From the NCBI GenBank assembly GCA_037189525.1, contig JBBCJC010000005.1:448001-512000 (forward strand): a DNA stretch of 64,000 nt, in the 5' to 3' direction. Positions 39,531 through 50,415 of this stretch are shown piece after piece. A program made the position numbers and the translations under genes. The notes below the pieces were generated by a model. The model searched no databases. It was not told the DNA's origin and worked only from the letters and a program-made list of their open reading frames with translations. The stretch comes from Gemmatimonadales bacterium. GTDB taxonomy: Bacteria > Gemmatimonadota > Gemmatimonadetes > Gemmatimonadales > GWC2-71-9. Numbering within the stretch: the stretch's first letter is position 1; the number at the start of each line of letters is the position of its first letter.

Positions 39531-40880
39531 TCAGGTGGGTGAGGTAATGCCCAGACGACGCATGATCTTGAGCAGGCTGGCATGATCGGCCAGACCGAGG
39601 GCATCGGCCGTCCTGGTGATCTGCCAGTCGTGCCGTTCCAGCGCGCTCAGCACGATATCCCGCTCGGCGTCGACCTTTTGCTCCTGGTAGCTGCGGTTAG
39701 CCGCACCGTCCGGAGTCGGGCCGCTCAGCACCGGCGGCAGGTGCTCGAGGCGAATCATCTCACCCGATGCCGCCACCACGATCCGTTCGACCATGTTGCG
39801 CAACTCGCGCACGTTGTTACGGCGCCAGTCGTATCGGACCAGCCGATCCCGCACTTCGCCCGAGAGGCGTTTTGGCAGCAGGCCGAAACGCTGGCAGACA
39901 TCCTCGATGAACTGCTCGGCAAGCGGGATGACATCTTCCTTGCGGTCCCGGAGCGGCGGAACCTGCAGGGTATGCACGTTGAGGCGATAGAGCAGATCCT
40001 CGCGGAAGGTGCCGTTCCGGGTGGCGGCATCGAGATCCCGATGGGTGGCCGCAACGACTCGGATGTCGACCGCAACGGTGCGCGACGCACCCAGCGGCAT
40101 CACCTCGCGCTGCTCGAGGACGCGGAGCAGCTTGGCCTGCCCGGCCAGCGGAAGCTCGCCGACCTCATCGAGGAAGAGCGTGCCACCCGCCGCCATTTGA
40201 AAGGCGCCGCGCCGAGCGGCCACCGCACCGGTAAAGGCGCCCTTCTCGTGCCCGAACAGTTCGCTCTCCACCAAGTGCTCCGGCAGCGCCGCGCAGTTGA
40301 TCGGCACGAACGGTCCGAGCGCCCGCGGGCTCAACCGATGGATCTCACGCGCCACCAGTTCCTTACCGGTCCCGCTCTCTCCCAGGATCAGCACCGTGCT
40401 CGGCACCGGCGCGGTGCGGCCGATGGCATCGCGCAAGGTCTGCATCGCCGCGCTCCGGCCACGGAGCGACGACTCGCCGAGTTGCGCCTGCAGGGCAACA
40501 ACCTCGCGGCGCAGCCGGGCCCGTTCGATGGCGCTTGCCACCTCCTGCACCACGCGCTCCATCGGCTCCGCCTTGTCGATGAAACCGGCCGCGCCGAGCC
40601 GGACCGCCTGGATGCAGCGATCGAAATCACCGGTGCCGGTATACACGATGACCGGCGTTTCAATGCCGCGATGCGCCAGTTCGCGCAACACTTCGAAGCC
40701 ATCGATTCCGGGCATTTCGAGGTCGAGTATGACACAATCGATCTCGCTCTGCTCGAGCGCGGCAAGCGCCGCCGGGCCGTTGGTCGCGGTCTCGACCTGA
40801 TGCCCGGCCAGGCGCTGCAAGTCATACGCATACGACTCGGCCAGCGCCGGAACATCATCGACGATCAGCAGGCGACTCAT
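39531..40880 (-). CDS. sigma54-dependent response regulator (NtrC/NtrX family)
   Basis: Receiver domain, GESGTGKE, GAFTGA, FLDEVGE, Fis-type HTH. Confidence 0.93.
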   Translation of the reverse strand: MSRLLIVDDVPALAESYAYDLQRLAGHQVETATNGPAALAALEQSEIDCVILDLEMPGIDGFEVLRELAHRGIETPVIVYTGTGDFDRCIQAVRLGAAGFIDKAEPMERVVQEVASAIERARLRREVVALQAQLGESSLRGRSAAMQTLRDAIGRTAPVPSTVLILGESGTGKELVAREIHRLSPRALGPFVPINCAALPEHLVESELFGHEKGAFTGAVAARRGAFQMAAGGTLFLDEVGELPLAGQAKLLRVLEQREVMPLGASRTVAVDIRVVAATHRDLDAATRNGTFREDLLYRLNVHTLQVPPLRDRKEDVIPLAEQFIEDVCQRFGLLPKRLSGEVRDRLVRYDWRRNNVRELRNMVERIVVAASGEMIRLEHLPPVLSGPTPDGAANRSYQEQKVDAERDIVLSALERHDWQITRTADALGLADHASLLKIMRRLGITSPT

Positions 40881-42508
40881 GCCGTTGGTAACTCCACCCG
40901 AAATGTGGTCCCCTTCCCGACGGTCGTCTCCACGGCAAGCGATCCGCCCAGGTCGCTCACCAGGCGACGAACGACCGACAGGCCGAGCCCGGTGCCGTGC
41001 GGCTTGGTGGTAAAGAAGTCATCGAAAGCGCGCTTGAGTTCCTCCGGCGTCATCCCCGCTCCTGAATCGACGATTTCGATCGCGACCTCTCCCGGCGAGC
41101 CCGGACGGACCCGGAGTACGACCTGCCCGGCTGGCGCCGCTGCATCGACGGCGTTGCCCACCAGATTCTCGAGGATGCGCCGCACCGATATCGGATCGGC
41201 CCGCAGCATCGGCTCCGGAGTCATCGACTCGGTCCGAATCACCACACCATCCCGTGCCGCTCCCTGAGCCAACTCCGCGATCAGGCGGTTCAACTCCACC
41301 CCGGCCGGCCCCGATGCAGGCGATAGCTTGGCATAGTTGCGCGCCAGGTCCTCCAGGTAAACGACACTCGACTCCATCGTGCCGCGACGCGCGCGGTAGA
41401 CATCGGCCAGTTGCTCCGGATTCTGATCGACCGTCTGCCCGAAATGACGAATCGCGTGGCGAATGGGTGCCAGGCCGTTCTTAATGTCGTGGGTCACCTG
41501 CCGCGCCAGGTCGCCGACGGCGGCACGGCGCTCCGATTCGCGCAGACGGGCGGCGCCTGCCCGAAGACGAGAAGTCATTGCCCCGAGGAGACGGCTCAAT
41601 CCGCCAATCTCGTCGTCCCGATCGGTGTCGAAGGTAACGTCCAACCGATCCAGATCGACGCGCTCGGTCTTCTCCGCCAGCTCCGTAATCGGGCGCGCCA
41701 GCGCATTCGCCACGATCACGGCAATGCCAACTGCAATCAACAACGCCAGGCCCAGGACGATGACAAACCAGCGATCAACCCGCCGGGTCAGCTCACGAGC
41801 CGGAGCCGGATCTCGTACGATGGCTACCACCCCCGACTCCACTCGCTCCGTGCTCTCATCGATCATCAGCACCGGGATCCGCGCGGCAACCAGATCCGGC
41901 AGCTGCGCATTGTCAACCAGTGCGGCGCGCACTTCGGGATCCGTTCCGATCCCGGCAATGGCCATCGAATCGAATGCTGTTCCGCCGACCAGGAAGTACC
42001 GGTGTCCGAGTATCGCAAACGAGTCGACGACCGCCAGGACACTGCGTTCGCCCTCCGCCGTCCGCACCCGGGCCAGCGAAAGACTGTCCCTTCGATTTCT
42101 GAGCGCCTGCGGCACGAACGGCGCCGCTCGACCGTAATCGTTCCGAAACTGCCCCGAACTCAGCACTCGTCCCGCGCTATCGTGAAGGGTCAGGGATGCG
42201 AGACCCGCCAGCCGCATTGCGTTCCCGGCCCAGTCGAGCAACCAACCCGATTCGGCGCCTCCAAGCCGGGCCAGGCGGAACCGGTTGTCGGCCGCAAGGT
42301 CGCTGCCCAGCTGCTGGACCCGCGACCGGACACGATCGCGCTCCGCACGCAATTCCGATTCGATCGTCGACGCCAGCGCGCCGACCCGCCTGCTTCCCTC
42401 TTCCTCCAGCCGGGTCTGCATTTCCGCGCGGACCCGCCAACCGAACAGGGCCAGAGGCAACACCGCAACGGCGGCAAACGCGAGGATGAGGCGAGTCCGG
42501 AAGGTCAC
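40877..42508 (-). CDS. Sensor histidine kinase (NtrY-like)
   Basis: TM-periplasmic-TM-HAMP layout; THDIKNGL H-box, TTKPHGTGLGL. Confidence 0.9.
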   Translation of the reverse strand: MTFRTRLILAFAAVAVLPLALFGWRVRAEMQTRLEEEGSRRVGALASTIESELRAERDRVRSRVQQLGSDLAADNRFRLARLGGAESGWLLDWAGNAMRLAGLASLTLHDSAGRVLSSGQFRNDYGRAAPFVPQALRNRRDSLSLARVRTAEGERSVLAVVDSFAILGHRYFLVGGTAFDSMAIAGIGTDPEVRAALVDNAQLPDLVAARIPVLMIDESTERVESGVVAIVRDPAPARELTRRVDRWFVIVLGLALLIAVGIAVIVANALARPITELAEKTERVDLDRLDVTFDTDRDDEIGGLSRLLGAMTSRLRAGAARLRESERRAAVGDLARQVTHDIKNGLAPIRHAIRHFGQTVDQNPEQLADVYRARRGTMESSVVYLEDLARNYAKLSPASGPAGVELNRLIAELAQGAARDGVVIRTESMTPEPMLRADPISVRRILENLVGNAVDAAAPAGQVVLRVRPGSPGEVAIEIVDSGAGMTPEELKRAFDDFFTTKPHGTGLGLSVVRRLVSDLGGSLAVETTVGKGTTFRVELPTA

Positions 42509-43530
42509 GGCAGCGCCACCGACTCGAATCCGATCAACTCCCCCGGCAGCCATCGCAACGGTGGAACCCCGCGCCGGACGATCACCGCTCCGCTGACGGC
42601 CACCAGCGGCGCTACACGGGCGCCTAACGGTGCCAGGCAGCCCACCGTCGCCGCCGAGTAGCCCGGCACGACGACGACGGCCACTTCCCCGCGCGCGATG
42701 ACTCGCCGCAGCTCGGCGACCGATGCCACCGGCTCAGCGCGCACCCGCGGTCCCATCGCCGCCACCCATCGGGGGCGCGCGACGCCACCCGAAAGCGAGG
42801 CGACCCGTTCGGCCAGCTGCCTGGCGACCTCGTCGTCCGCCGGATAGGCAACGACCGACCGCCGTTGCCCACCGCCGTCGGCGCGGGTGAGCGGACAGCC
42901 GGCATCAACGCGATCCTCCGACAGCGGTGCGGCAGCCTCACGGACCGCGTGTGCGGCCAGGTCGGATCGATCGGTTGCAGAGGGATCGTCGACGCGGTCA
43001 CCATCGATCGTGACGAGATAGTAGGCGCGCCGAGGGCCGGTCGGCAGCAACATGAACTCGGGATGCTGCGCGGCGTACTGGATGGTCCGCGCATCGATCG
43101 CGAAGACCAGATCGGCCCCGCGATCGAGTTGGTCACGAAGATCACCGTTGGAACGGGCACGGCGCACCTCGATCGACGACGGACCCCGCGAGCCGCTGCT
43201 TCGGACCAACCGGGTATCCGTCTCGCCCTCCCGAGGGACGACAGCGTACGGCGCTTCCCGCTCAGCCAGCCGGTGCGGAACACCACGGCAATCGACTTCG
43301 TCGGCGCCGGGAGCCAGCAGGCGGGAAATGAAACGATCGCCCGCGCTGCTGTCACCATCGGCCAGCGGAGGCTCGGCCAGAACGACCCGGATCGTGTCGA
43401 GCAACGCGCGTCCTGGATCGGCCAGGAAGACGCACGGATCACCGAGCGGCGCGGGCGGTCCGCTCGAACGGGCACTGCACGCCGCCATCCACGCGAGCAC
43501 CCCCGCTGCCACCGCCCGGCGGAAGATCAG
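42505..43530 (-). CDS. Hypothetical lipoprotein, possibly a degenerate solute-binding domain (probable CTG start)
   Basis: CTGA overlap with the M28 stop and GGGGAG SD give MIFRRAVAAGVLAWMAAC lipobox; GTGA overlap with the kinase. Confidence 0.6.
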   Translation of the reverse strand: MIFRRAVAAGVLAWMAACSARSSGPPAPLGDPCVFLADPGRALLDTIRVVLAEPPLADGDSSAGDRFISRLLAPGADEVDCRGVPHRLAEREAPYAVVPREGETDTRLVRSSGSRGPSSIEVRRARSNGDLRDQLDRGADLVFAIDARTIQYAAQHPEFMLLPTGPRRAYYLVTIDGDRVDDPSATDRSDLAAHAVREAAAPLSEDRVDAGCPLTRADGGGQRRSVVAYPADDEVARQLAERVASLSGGVARPRWVAAMGPRVRAEPVASVAELRRVIARGEVAVVVVPGYSAATVGCLAPLGARVAPLVAVSGAVIVRRGVPPLRWLPGELIGFESVALP

Positions 43531-45086
43531 CGCGGCGCTCCCCCGGAACTCCGCCGCGCCTGGCCGCAGGCGGGCCACTGCTGCGGCCGACCGTCGGGGC
43601 CTGCGGGCAGCACGCGACGATCGCGGGGCACTCGTTCCGGATCTTCAGACGCCAGGTACGCAAGCATCGCCGCCAGGGTGGCGTTGTTGCGCAGATCGTC
43701 GAACACGATCTTGTCGTAGGTATCCCGATTGGTGTGCCAGGTGTACTGCCGGTAGTCGGGATAATTCGACTGGAGCCGGAAGGCGGGCGCGCCGGCGCAC
43801 AGGAACGACATGTGATCGCTGCCGCCCCGCTCGGGTTCACCCGGCAGGTCGAGATCGATCAGGCTCTCGATTTCCGGCGGAATTCGGCTCAGCCAGCGGC
43901 CGAAATGCCCGCCCGCGCTGGTCAGCCCCATCATCCGGATGTACTCGATCCGCCAGGTTCCGTTGTCCTGATTGAACGAGGTCTGCAACCCGTCGACTAC
44001 CTTGGGATTGTCTTCGGCAAAGGCGCGGGAGCCGATCAGCCCCTGCTCCTCCCCGCCCCAGTGCCCGACCAGGATGGTTCGCTTGGGCGTCGGATAGGCC
44101 AGCTTGAGGAGACGCATGGCCTCCATCATCATCACGGTCCCCGTCCCGTTGTCGGTCGCACCCGAAGCGCCGTCCCACGAATCGAGGTGCGCCGAGAGCA
44201 GGACGTATTCGTCGGGCTTCTCGCTGCCCTTGATCTCGCCGATCACATTGAACATCGGCTGCTCACCGAGCGCCTCCGACCGGGCATCGAGCCGCATCCG
44301 GGGGCCCTGATTGTTCTGGGCCAGACGGAAGAGCAAGCCATAGTCTTCGCAACTCAGATCCAGCGCGGGAATCTGCCGGGTCGGCGCATTGAACACCTTG
44401 TTCACGCCCCAGCCGGCAGACCAGAGCGTCGTCAGAATCCCCGCGGCCCCGGCCCGTTCGATGGCTGCCCCGGCTCCACGCCCCAGACGCCGCATCCGAT
44501 CGTTCCAGGCCCGCCGCTGCTCGTCCCGCGCGGCCTTCATTCTCGCCACCGTTTCCGGTCGCGCCAGGCGTTCCCAGTTCTCGTCGGGGCGGCAGGTCAA
44601 CTCCGCCGGCGACCACAACACGAACTTCCCGCGCACGCTGGGCAACCAGGCCGCAAAGGCGGTCGAGTCGCGTACGTCCGGGAGCAGGACGACTTCGCCT
44701 TCGACCGGTCGCGACGTCCCCGCGCTCCAAGCCAGCATCGTGGCCTCGAGGGTCCGCTGCCGCGGGGCAATCAGGTCGGCATGGGTGTGGCCCCGCCGCC
44801 ATCCCTCCCAGGTGCCGTACTGTTCCTTGCGGGCCGTGATCCCCCATTGCCGATAGACCGACGCCACCCAGTCGGCCGACCCCGCGTAGGCCGGCGACCC
44901 CGACAGCCGAGGGCCGATCGAATCGAGCAGCACCTGGGCAAGCCGTTCCACCTGGGAGCGTTCGGTCATCCCCTCCGCCCAGATCCGGCGGATCACCGCA
45001 TCGTCGGTCGGAAAGGTCTGGGCCACGGCGCCAGGCGCCACAGCCAACGTGAGAGCGAGCAGCACGGGAGTGCGAACGATCGTCAT
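43527..45086 (-). CDS. Secreted M28 family metallopeptidase (carboxypeptidase Q-like)
   Basis: Signal peptide; AHLDSW, GATDNG, GEEQGL, SDH and WHT motifs. Confidence 0.9.
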   Translation of the reverse strand: MTIVRTPVLLALTLAVAPGAVAQTFPTDDAVIRRIWAEGMTERSQVERLAQVLLDSIGPRLSGSPAYAGSADWVASVYRQWGITARKEQYGTWEGWRRGHTHADLIAPRQRTLEATMLAWSAGTSRPVEGEVVLLPDVRDSTAFAAWLPSVRGKFVLWSPAELTCRPDENWERLARPETVARMKAARDEQRRAWNDRMRRLGRGAGAAIERAGAAGILTTLWSAGWGVNKVFNAPTRQIPALDLSCEDYGLLFRLAQNNQGPRMRLDARSEALGEQPMFNVIGEIKGSEKPDEYVLLSAHLDSWDGASGATDNGTGTVMMMEAMRLLKLAYPTPKRTILVGHWGGEEQGLIGSRAFAEDNPKVVDGLQTSFNQDNGTWRIEYIRMMGLTSAGGHFGRWLSRIPPEIESLIDLDLPGEPERGGSDHMSFLCAGAPAFRLQSNYPDYRQYTWHTNRDTYDKIVFDDLRNNATLAAMLAYLASEDPERVPRDRRVLPAGPDGRPQQWPACGQARRSSGGAPR

Positions 45087-45286
45087 GACACCTGCCTTGC
45101 GTTGGGATCCGCCATCCAGCCGGGTCCATTCCGGACCGCCTGCAATCCGTTAAGCATAGTCACGCCGCGGCCGCTTCTGGACTGCAATCCCGGCCGCCGG
45201 GCACCGTCGGCTCCCTTGCAATCGCGCCACGACGGCAGGAGACTTCCAGAGATCGATCGAATGCCACCTGTCTCCGGAGAGGTCCA

Positions 45287-45841
45287 TTGGGGCTTGCGCT
45301 GCTTGCCACGCTGGTCGTCGTGGGCGTGTATGTGGTGGTCGGCTACAACGGGCTGACCCGGCTCCGCCTGCTCGCGGATAACGCCTGGTCGGATATCGAC
45401 GTCCAGCTCAAACGGCGGCACGACCTGATCCCGAGCCTGGTAGCCACGGTGCAGGGACACGCCGGTTACGAGAAGAGCACCCTCGAAGCTGTCATCACCG
45501 CGCGGAACCGGGCCATGGCCGCGTCAGGCCCCGCCGCGATGGCCCCAGCCGAGGCCGATATCGCGGGCGCAGTGAAGCACATCCTGGCGCTGGCCGAGGC
45601 GTATCCGGATCTCAAGGCCGGGGAGAGCTTCCTGTCGCTGCAGCGGAACCTGACGGAGATCGAGGAGCAGGTTCAGCAGGCGCGCCGCTACTACAATGCC
45701 GTCGTCCGCGACCTCAATACCAGCATCGCTCAGTTCCCCAGCAACCTCATCGCCGGCGCCTTCCGCATTTCGCCTCGCGAATTCTTCGGTCTCGACACGC
45801 CGGCGGAAAGCGCGGCTCCGCGGATCGAGCTTGACCCATGA
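45287..45841 (+). CDS. lemA: LemA family protein
   Basis: N-terminal TM, NAWSDIDVQLKRRHDLIP, EAYPDLKA, ARRYYN. Confidence 0.92.
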   Translation: MGLALLATLVVVGVYVVVGYNGLTRLRLLADNAWSDIDVQLKRRHDLIPSLVATVQGHAGYEKSTLEAVITARNRAMAASGPAAMAPAEADIAGAVKHILALAEAYPDLKAGESFLSLQRNLTEIEEQVQQARRYYNAVVRDLNTSIAQFPSNLIAGAFRISPREFFGLDTPAESAAPRIELDP

Positions 45842-47568
45842 GAGTTTGCCTCGTAGTCGCCCTGGCCATCGTACTTGGCGGTCCGACGACAGCCTGGGGG
45901 TCCCCCGCTGCGCAGCCGGCGCGCTCGCTCGTCCTGGCGCGCTTCGACGCCGCCATCACGGTCCGGCCGACCGGGGAACTCGAGGTGACGGAGACGATCG
46001 CGGCCCGGTTCACCGGAGTATGGAACGGCATCTACCGTTCGATCCCGGTCGAGTATCGAACCTCGACCGGCTTCAACTGGCGAGTCCGGCTCGAGCTGCA
46101 GTCGATCACCAACGACGACGGCGAGCCTCTCTCCTACGAGACGAGCCGGGAGCGGCACTACCGGAAGTTCAAGATCTGGGTGCCGAACGCCGAGGATGCG
46201 GTCCGCACCGTGGTGATCAAATACGTGGTCCACGGCGGACTTCGGTTTTTCGAGGAGCACGACGAGCTCTACTGGAACATCACGGGCGACGAGTGGGACG
46301 TCCCGATCGAAGCCGCCTCGGCGCGAATCACCCTTCCCGATGCGGCGCGGGGCATTCGCGCCACCGCCTTCAACGGCGCCTACGGTTCGACCGCGCGAGA
46401 CGCGCTGGTGGAGATTCGGGCCAACCAGGTCCGGATCACGATGCCCACCGCGCTGGCATTCCGGGAGGGGTTAACGGCCGTGGTGGGATGGGACAAGGGC
46501 GCGGTGCCCGAGCCCACCCGGACCGACCGTGCCCTCGGCTTTCTGGCGACCAACTGGCCGCTGCTGATTCCGGTGCCGGTCTTCATCGCCATGCTGCTCA
46601 CCTGGCGCGCGCGGGGCCGCGACCCTGCCCGGCTGCCGGTGTCGGTCCAGTACACCGCCCCCGAAGGGCTCTCACCCGCCGAAGCCGGTACCCTAATCGA
46701 CAACCGCGTCGACATGCGCGACATCACCGCGACGGTCGTCGACCTGGCGGTCAACGGGCACCTCAAGATCGAGGAGCGGAAAGAGCCCAAGGTCTTCGGC
46801 CTGTTCGAACGCGACGACTTCGTCTTTCATCGCCTCCGCACCGAGGGCGACCGTCCCGCGCTCCGCCCGCACGAGTCCCGCGTACTGGCGGGGATCTTTT
46901 CGGGCAACGATACCTCAGTCGCGCTTTCGGAGCTGCAGAACAAATTTTATTCGCACCTGCCGGCCATCCGCCAATCGATCTTTACCGAACTGGTGCGCAA
47001 GAAGTACTACCAGCGCCGTCCCGACTCGGTGCAGGCGCTCTGGGTCGGTCTCGGCATTGCCGCCGGCGCGCTGATTGCCATCGGCGGCGCCATGATCTCG
47101 GCGGTGTTCGACCTGACCCCGGTTCCGTTCCTGATTGCCGGCGCCATCTCGGCCGTCATCATGGTGGGATTCGGTATCGTGATGCCGGCGCGCACGGTGG
47201 CCGGCGCGCGCGCGCTCGAACGGGTGCTCGGCTTCGAAGAGTTTCTGGAGCGGGTGGAGAGCGATCGCCTGGATCGGGTCGGCAGGACGCCCGAACTGTT
47301 CGAGCGATGCCTGCCGTATGCGATGGCGTTTGGGGTCGAGAAACAGTGGGCCAACGCGTTTCACGACATCTACCGAGAGCCGCCGAACTGGTACACCGGC
47401 CGCTCGATGACCACGTTCAATGCTGCCACCTTCTCGAGCCGGCTCAGCGCCATGTCGAGCCAGGCGTCGTCGACCATGAGTTCGTCGCCGCGGAGTTCGA
47501 GCGGCTCCGGCTTCAGCGGCGGATCATCCGGCGGCGGCGGAGGTGGCGGCGGCGGGGGCGGGTTCTAG
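45838..47568 (+). CDS. DUF2207 membrane protein
   Basis: GIYRSIP, ELYWNITG, LPYAMAFG, C-terminal poly-Ser/Gly tail; follows lemA. Confidence 0.88.
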   Translation: MRVCLVVALAIVLGGPTTAWGSPAAQPARSLVLARFDAAITVRPTGELEVTETIAARFTGVWNGIYRSIPVEYRTSTGFNWRVRLELQSITNDDGEPLSYETSRERHYRKFKIWVPNAEDAVRTVVIKYVVHGGLRFFEEHDELYWNITGDEWDVPIEAASARITLPDAARGIRATAFNGAYGSTARDALVEIRANQVRITMPTALAFREGLTAVVGWDKGAVPEPTRTDRALGFLATNWPLLIPVPVFIAMLLTWRARGRDPARLPVSVQYTAPEGLSPAEAGTLIDNRVDMRDITATVVDLAVNGHLKIEERKEPKVFGLFERDDFVFHRLRTEGDRPALRPHESRVLAGIFSGNDTSVALSELQNKFYSHLPAIRQSIFTELVRKKYYQRRPDSVQALWVGLGIAAGALIAIGGAMISAVFDLTPVPFLIAGAISAVIMVGFGIVMPARTVAGARALERVLGFEEFLERVESDRLDRVGRTPELFERCLPYAMAFGVEKQWANAFHDIYREPPNWYTGRSMTTFNAATFSSRLSAMSSQASSTMSSSPRSSSGSGFSGGSSGGGGGGGGGGGF

Positions 47569-47574
47569 CGCGGC

Positions 47575-48975
47575 CTAACGCCCCCGCGAGGGTGGACGCT
47601 TCGAACTGTGATTCCGGGGTCCTTTACGCCGGCCCTGACCGGCCGGAGACCCTGACCGCGTGCCACTGTCCGGACGCGAGGGCTCCCGGCGAGACGATGG
47701 GGGTCGCCGCTCGCCCTGCTGCTCCCGCTGCCGCTGTGCGGCTTCACGCCGCGCCGCATTGGCCTTGGCCCGAACCCGGTCTTCGGCCTTCCGGGCGCGA
47801 ATTTCGGCAATCCGCTGCGCCAGGGGAACTTCGAGCGGCGCATCGGCGCGCGAGGTCAGGTCGAAATCGGGCAGCGTGATCCGCGGCAAGCGCTTCCCGA
47901 TGGCATGTTCGATCCGCCGCAGATCGCCCTCTTCCTCCGGTGACACGAAGGTGAAGGCTTCACCGGTCGCCTCGGCGCGCGCCGTGCGTCCGACCCGGTG
48001 GATGTAATCTTCCGCCACCTCCGGCACGTCGAAATTGACGACATGCCCCAGCGCTTCGACGTCGATGCCCCGAGCCGCGATATCCGTGGCCACCAGCACC
48101 CGATGGGTCCCGTCCTTGAAGCCCGCCAGCGCCGCCGTCCGCTGCGCCTGCGACCGATTGCCGTGAATCCGCTCGGCGGCAATCTTCTCACGCACGAGGA
48201 ACTTGGTCAGCCGATCGGCGCGGTGCTTGGTGCGCGTAAAGACCAGGGCCTCGCGCATCTCACCGCGCTCGAGCAGCGTGGCCAGCAACGCGGCCTTTCG
48301 GTCCTGAGGCACCGGATACACCGCCTGGGTGATCCCGACCGCCGGAGCCGACTGCCGCTCGACGTTGATGGTGGCCGGCGCATTCAGGATCTCACGCGCC
48401 AGCGTGGCGATCTCCTTGGGCATCGTGGCGCTGAACAACATCGTCTGCCGCTTGGTGGGGAGATGGCGCAGCACCCGGCGGATGTCCGGCAGGAACCCCA
48501 TGTCGAGCATCCGATCGGCCTCGTCCAGCACCAGAAACTCGATCCGATCGAGCTTGGCATACGGCGCTTTGAGATGATCGAGCAGGCGGCCCGGTGTCGC
48601 GACGATCACGTCGACCCCGACGCGGAAGGCATGCTCCTGCGGGCCCATCCCCACGCCGCCGAATACCGCGGCGGCCGTGAGCGGCGTATGGACGGCCATG
48701 TCGTTCAGGTTCTCGAGGATCTGGGCCGCCAGTTCCCGGGTCGGCGTCAGCACGAGGGCGCGCGTCGTGCCCCGCGGACGACTCAGCAGGCGATGCAGGA
48801 TCGGCAGAATGAAGGCGGCCGTCTTGCCGCTGCCCGTCATGGCGCACGCCAGCAGGTCCCGCCCTTCCAGCGCGAGAGGAATGGCGTCGGTCTGGATCGG
48901 CGTCGGGCGCGTATATCCCAACTCCTTGAGACCGGTGAGCAGACTGCGATCGAGCTTGAGACCTGAAAACGGCAC
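47575..48975 (-). CDS. DEAD-box RNA helicase (RhlE-like)
   Basis: Q motif, TGSGKT, PTRELA, DEAD, SAT, HRVGRT; basic C-terminal tail. Confidence 0.95.
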   Translation of the reverse strand: MPFSGLKLDRSLLTGLKELGYTRPTPIQTDAIPLALEGRDLLACAMTGSGKTAAFILPILHRLLSRPRGTTRALVLTPTRELAAQILENLNDMAVHTPLTAAAVFGGVGMGPQEHAFRVGVDVIVATPGRLLDHLKAPYAKLDRIEFLVLDEADRMLDMGFLPDIRRVLRHLPTKRQTMLFSATMPKEIATLAREILNAPATINVERQSAPAVGITQAVYPVPQDRKAALLATLLERGEMREALVFTRTKHRADRLTKFLVREKIAAERIHGNRSQAQRTAALAGFKDGTHRVLVATDIAARGIDVEALGHVVNFDVPEVAEDYIHRVGRTARAEATGEAFTFVSPEEEGDLRRIEHAIGKRLPRITLPDFDLTSRADAPLEVPLAQRIAEIRARKAEDRVRAKANAARREAAQRQREQQGERRPPSSRREPSRPDSGTRSGSPAGQGRRKGPRNHSSKRPPSRGR

Positions 48976-49140
48976 GACAACTCCAGGATACGGTACGGAA
49001 TCAACCTGCATCGACGCCGCCCAATCTAAGCGGGCCTGGCCGCTCCCGGGCTATTTCGAGGCCCCGATCCAAAGTCCGTCAGCTGGACGGCACCCGGTGA
49101 GACTACCTTTCCGATCTATCATTTTTTCCGAGTTAGTTAG

Positions 49141-50415
49141 ATGCGAATCGACCTGAGCACGTCGGCCGTTCTGGCCCTCCTGGTGTCAGCCCTGTCCGGC
49201 TGCGGCAAGGCGCCCGAGGGCCGGACCACGGCCTCCACCAGCGACAGCGCCGGCATCCGAATCGTCAACAACGGCCAGGGCAGCTGGCAGGACGGTGAGG
49301 CCTGGACGATCGATGCCACTCCGCTCGTGAGCATTGCCGGGACGCCCGACGCCGAACTGACCCAGATCGTCGGCGCCGTATTGCGCCACGACGGGAGCCT
49401 TGCGGCCGCGTCCGCTCTAGCCAACGCGATCCGCTTCTTCGACGCGTCGGGACAACCGATCGGCACGCTGGGACGCCCGGGGAGCGGCCCCGGTGAGTTT
49501 CAGGCCTTGTCCGGCGTCTGGACTGCCGCCGGCGATTCGCTCGTCGCGGCGGACGTCATGACCCAGCGGCTCACGGTCATCACCCCAGACGGGAAAGCGG
49601 GACGCGCCTACGCCCTGGGCGGCCAATCGAGCCTGGCCCCCGGCGAGGGCGGCCGGATGGCATTTGCCGTACCGATGGGCGCCCTGACCGACGGGTCCGT
49701 CATCGGCCAGCGGCTCAACTTCACGATCGGCGAACAGCGCGAATCGGTCAGCCGGGATACCGTGACCTTCATCCGCTACGCACCTGACGGCACCGCGGCC
49801 GACACGATTGCCTCGGTACCCGGAACCGAAACGACCCAGGTCACCGTCACCTTCGGAACCCAGACCATCCCCATCCCGACGCCCGTTCCGCTCGGCAAGC
49901 AGACCGTCGCCGGGATCCGCGGTAACCACGTGTTTCTGGCGCAGAACAATGCCTGGGAGATCGAACGGTACCGACCGGATGGCACGCTCGACCTGCTGAG
50001 CCGCGCCCCGGTCCAGGCCATTCGGCTCACGGCCAACGACGTCTCCGTCCACCGCGCCGAATGGCGGGAGATGCTCGAGGCGGTACCACAGATGCGAGCG
50101 GCGCCGGCCCAATTCAAGACGCAATACCTGACCCAGCTCGATCAGATCCGCTATCCGGAAGCGATGCTGTGGATCCAGGGCCTCTTCCCCGCGCCGGACG
50201 GTGGCGTCTGGGTCGAAGAGGCGGTCCGGCCCGGGATCAAGCAGCGGCAGTTTGCCGTGCTCGGGGTCGATGGGGTGCTCCTGGGCCGGCTGTCGGCACC
50301 AGCCGGATTTCGATTGATCCAGGTCGAGAGCGACCGGGTGGTGGGAGTCTGGACCGACGACGATGGCCTGGAGCATGTCCGGGTCCATCGGATCCTCAAG
50401 CCTGGAGCTAGCTGA
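49141..50415 (+). CDS. 6-bladed beta-propeller lipoprotein
   Basis: LSGC lipobox, DSAGIRIV, GSGPGEF motif. Confidence 0.72.
   Translation: MRIDLSTSAVLALLVSALSGCGKAPEGRTTASTSDSAGIRIVNNGQGSWQDGEAWTIDATPLVSIAGTPDAELTQIVGAVLRHDGSLAAASALANAIRFFDASGQPIGTLGRPGSGPGEFQALSGVWTAAGDSLVAADVMTQRLTVITPDGKAGRAYALGGQSSLAPGEGGRMAFAVPMGALTDGSVIGQRLNFTIGEQRESVSRDTVTFIRYAPDGTAADTIASVPGTETTQVTVTFGTQTIPIPTPVPLGKQTVAGIRGNHVFLAQNNAWEIERYRPDGTLDLLSRAPVQAIRLTANDVSVHRAEWREMLEAVPQMRAAPAQFKTQYLTQLDQIRYPEAMLWIQGLFPAPDGGVWVEEAVRPGIKQRQFAVLGVDGVLLGRLSAPAGFRLIQVESDRVVGVWTDDDGLEHVRVHRILKPGAS

Noticed and set aside
47500..47565. GGC-rich repeat
   Set aside because: It encodes the normal poly-Gly C-terminal tail of DUF2207 proteins
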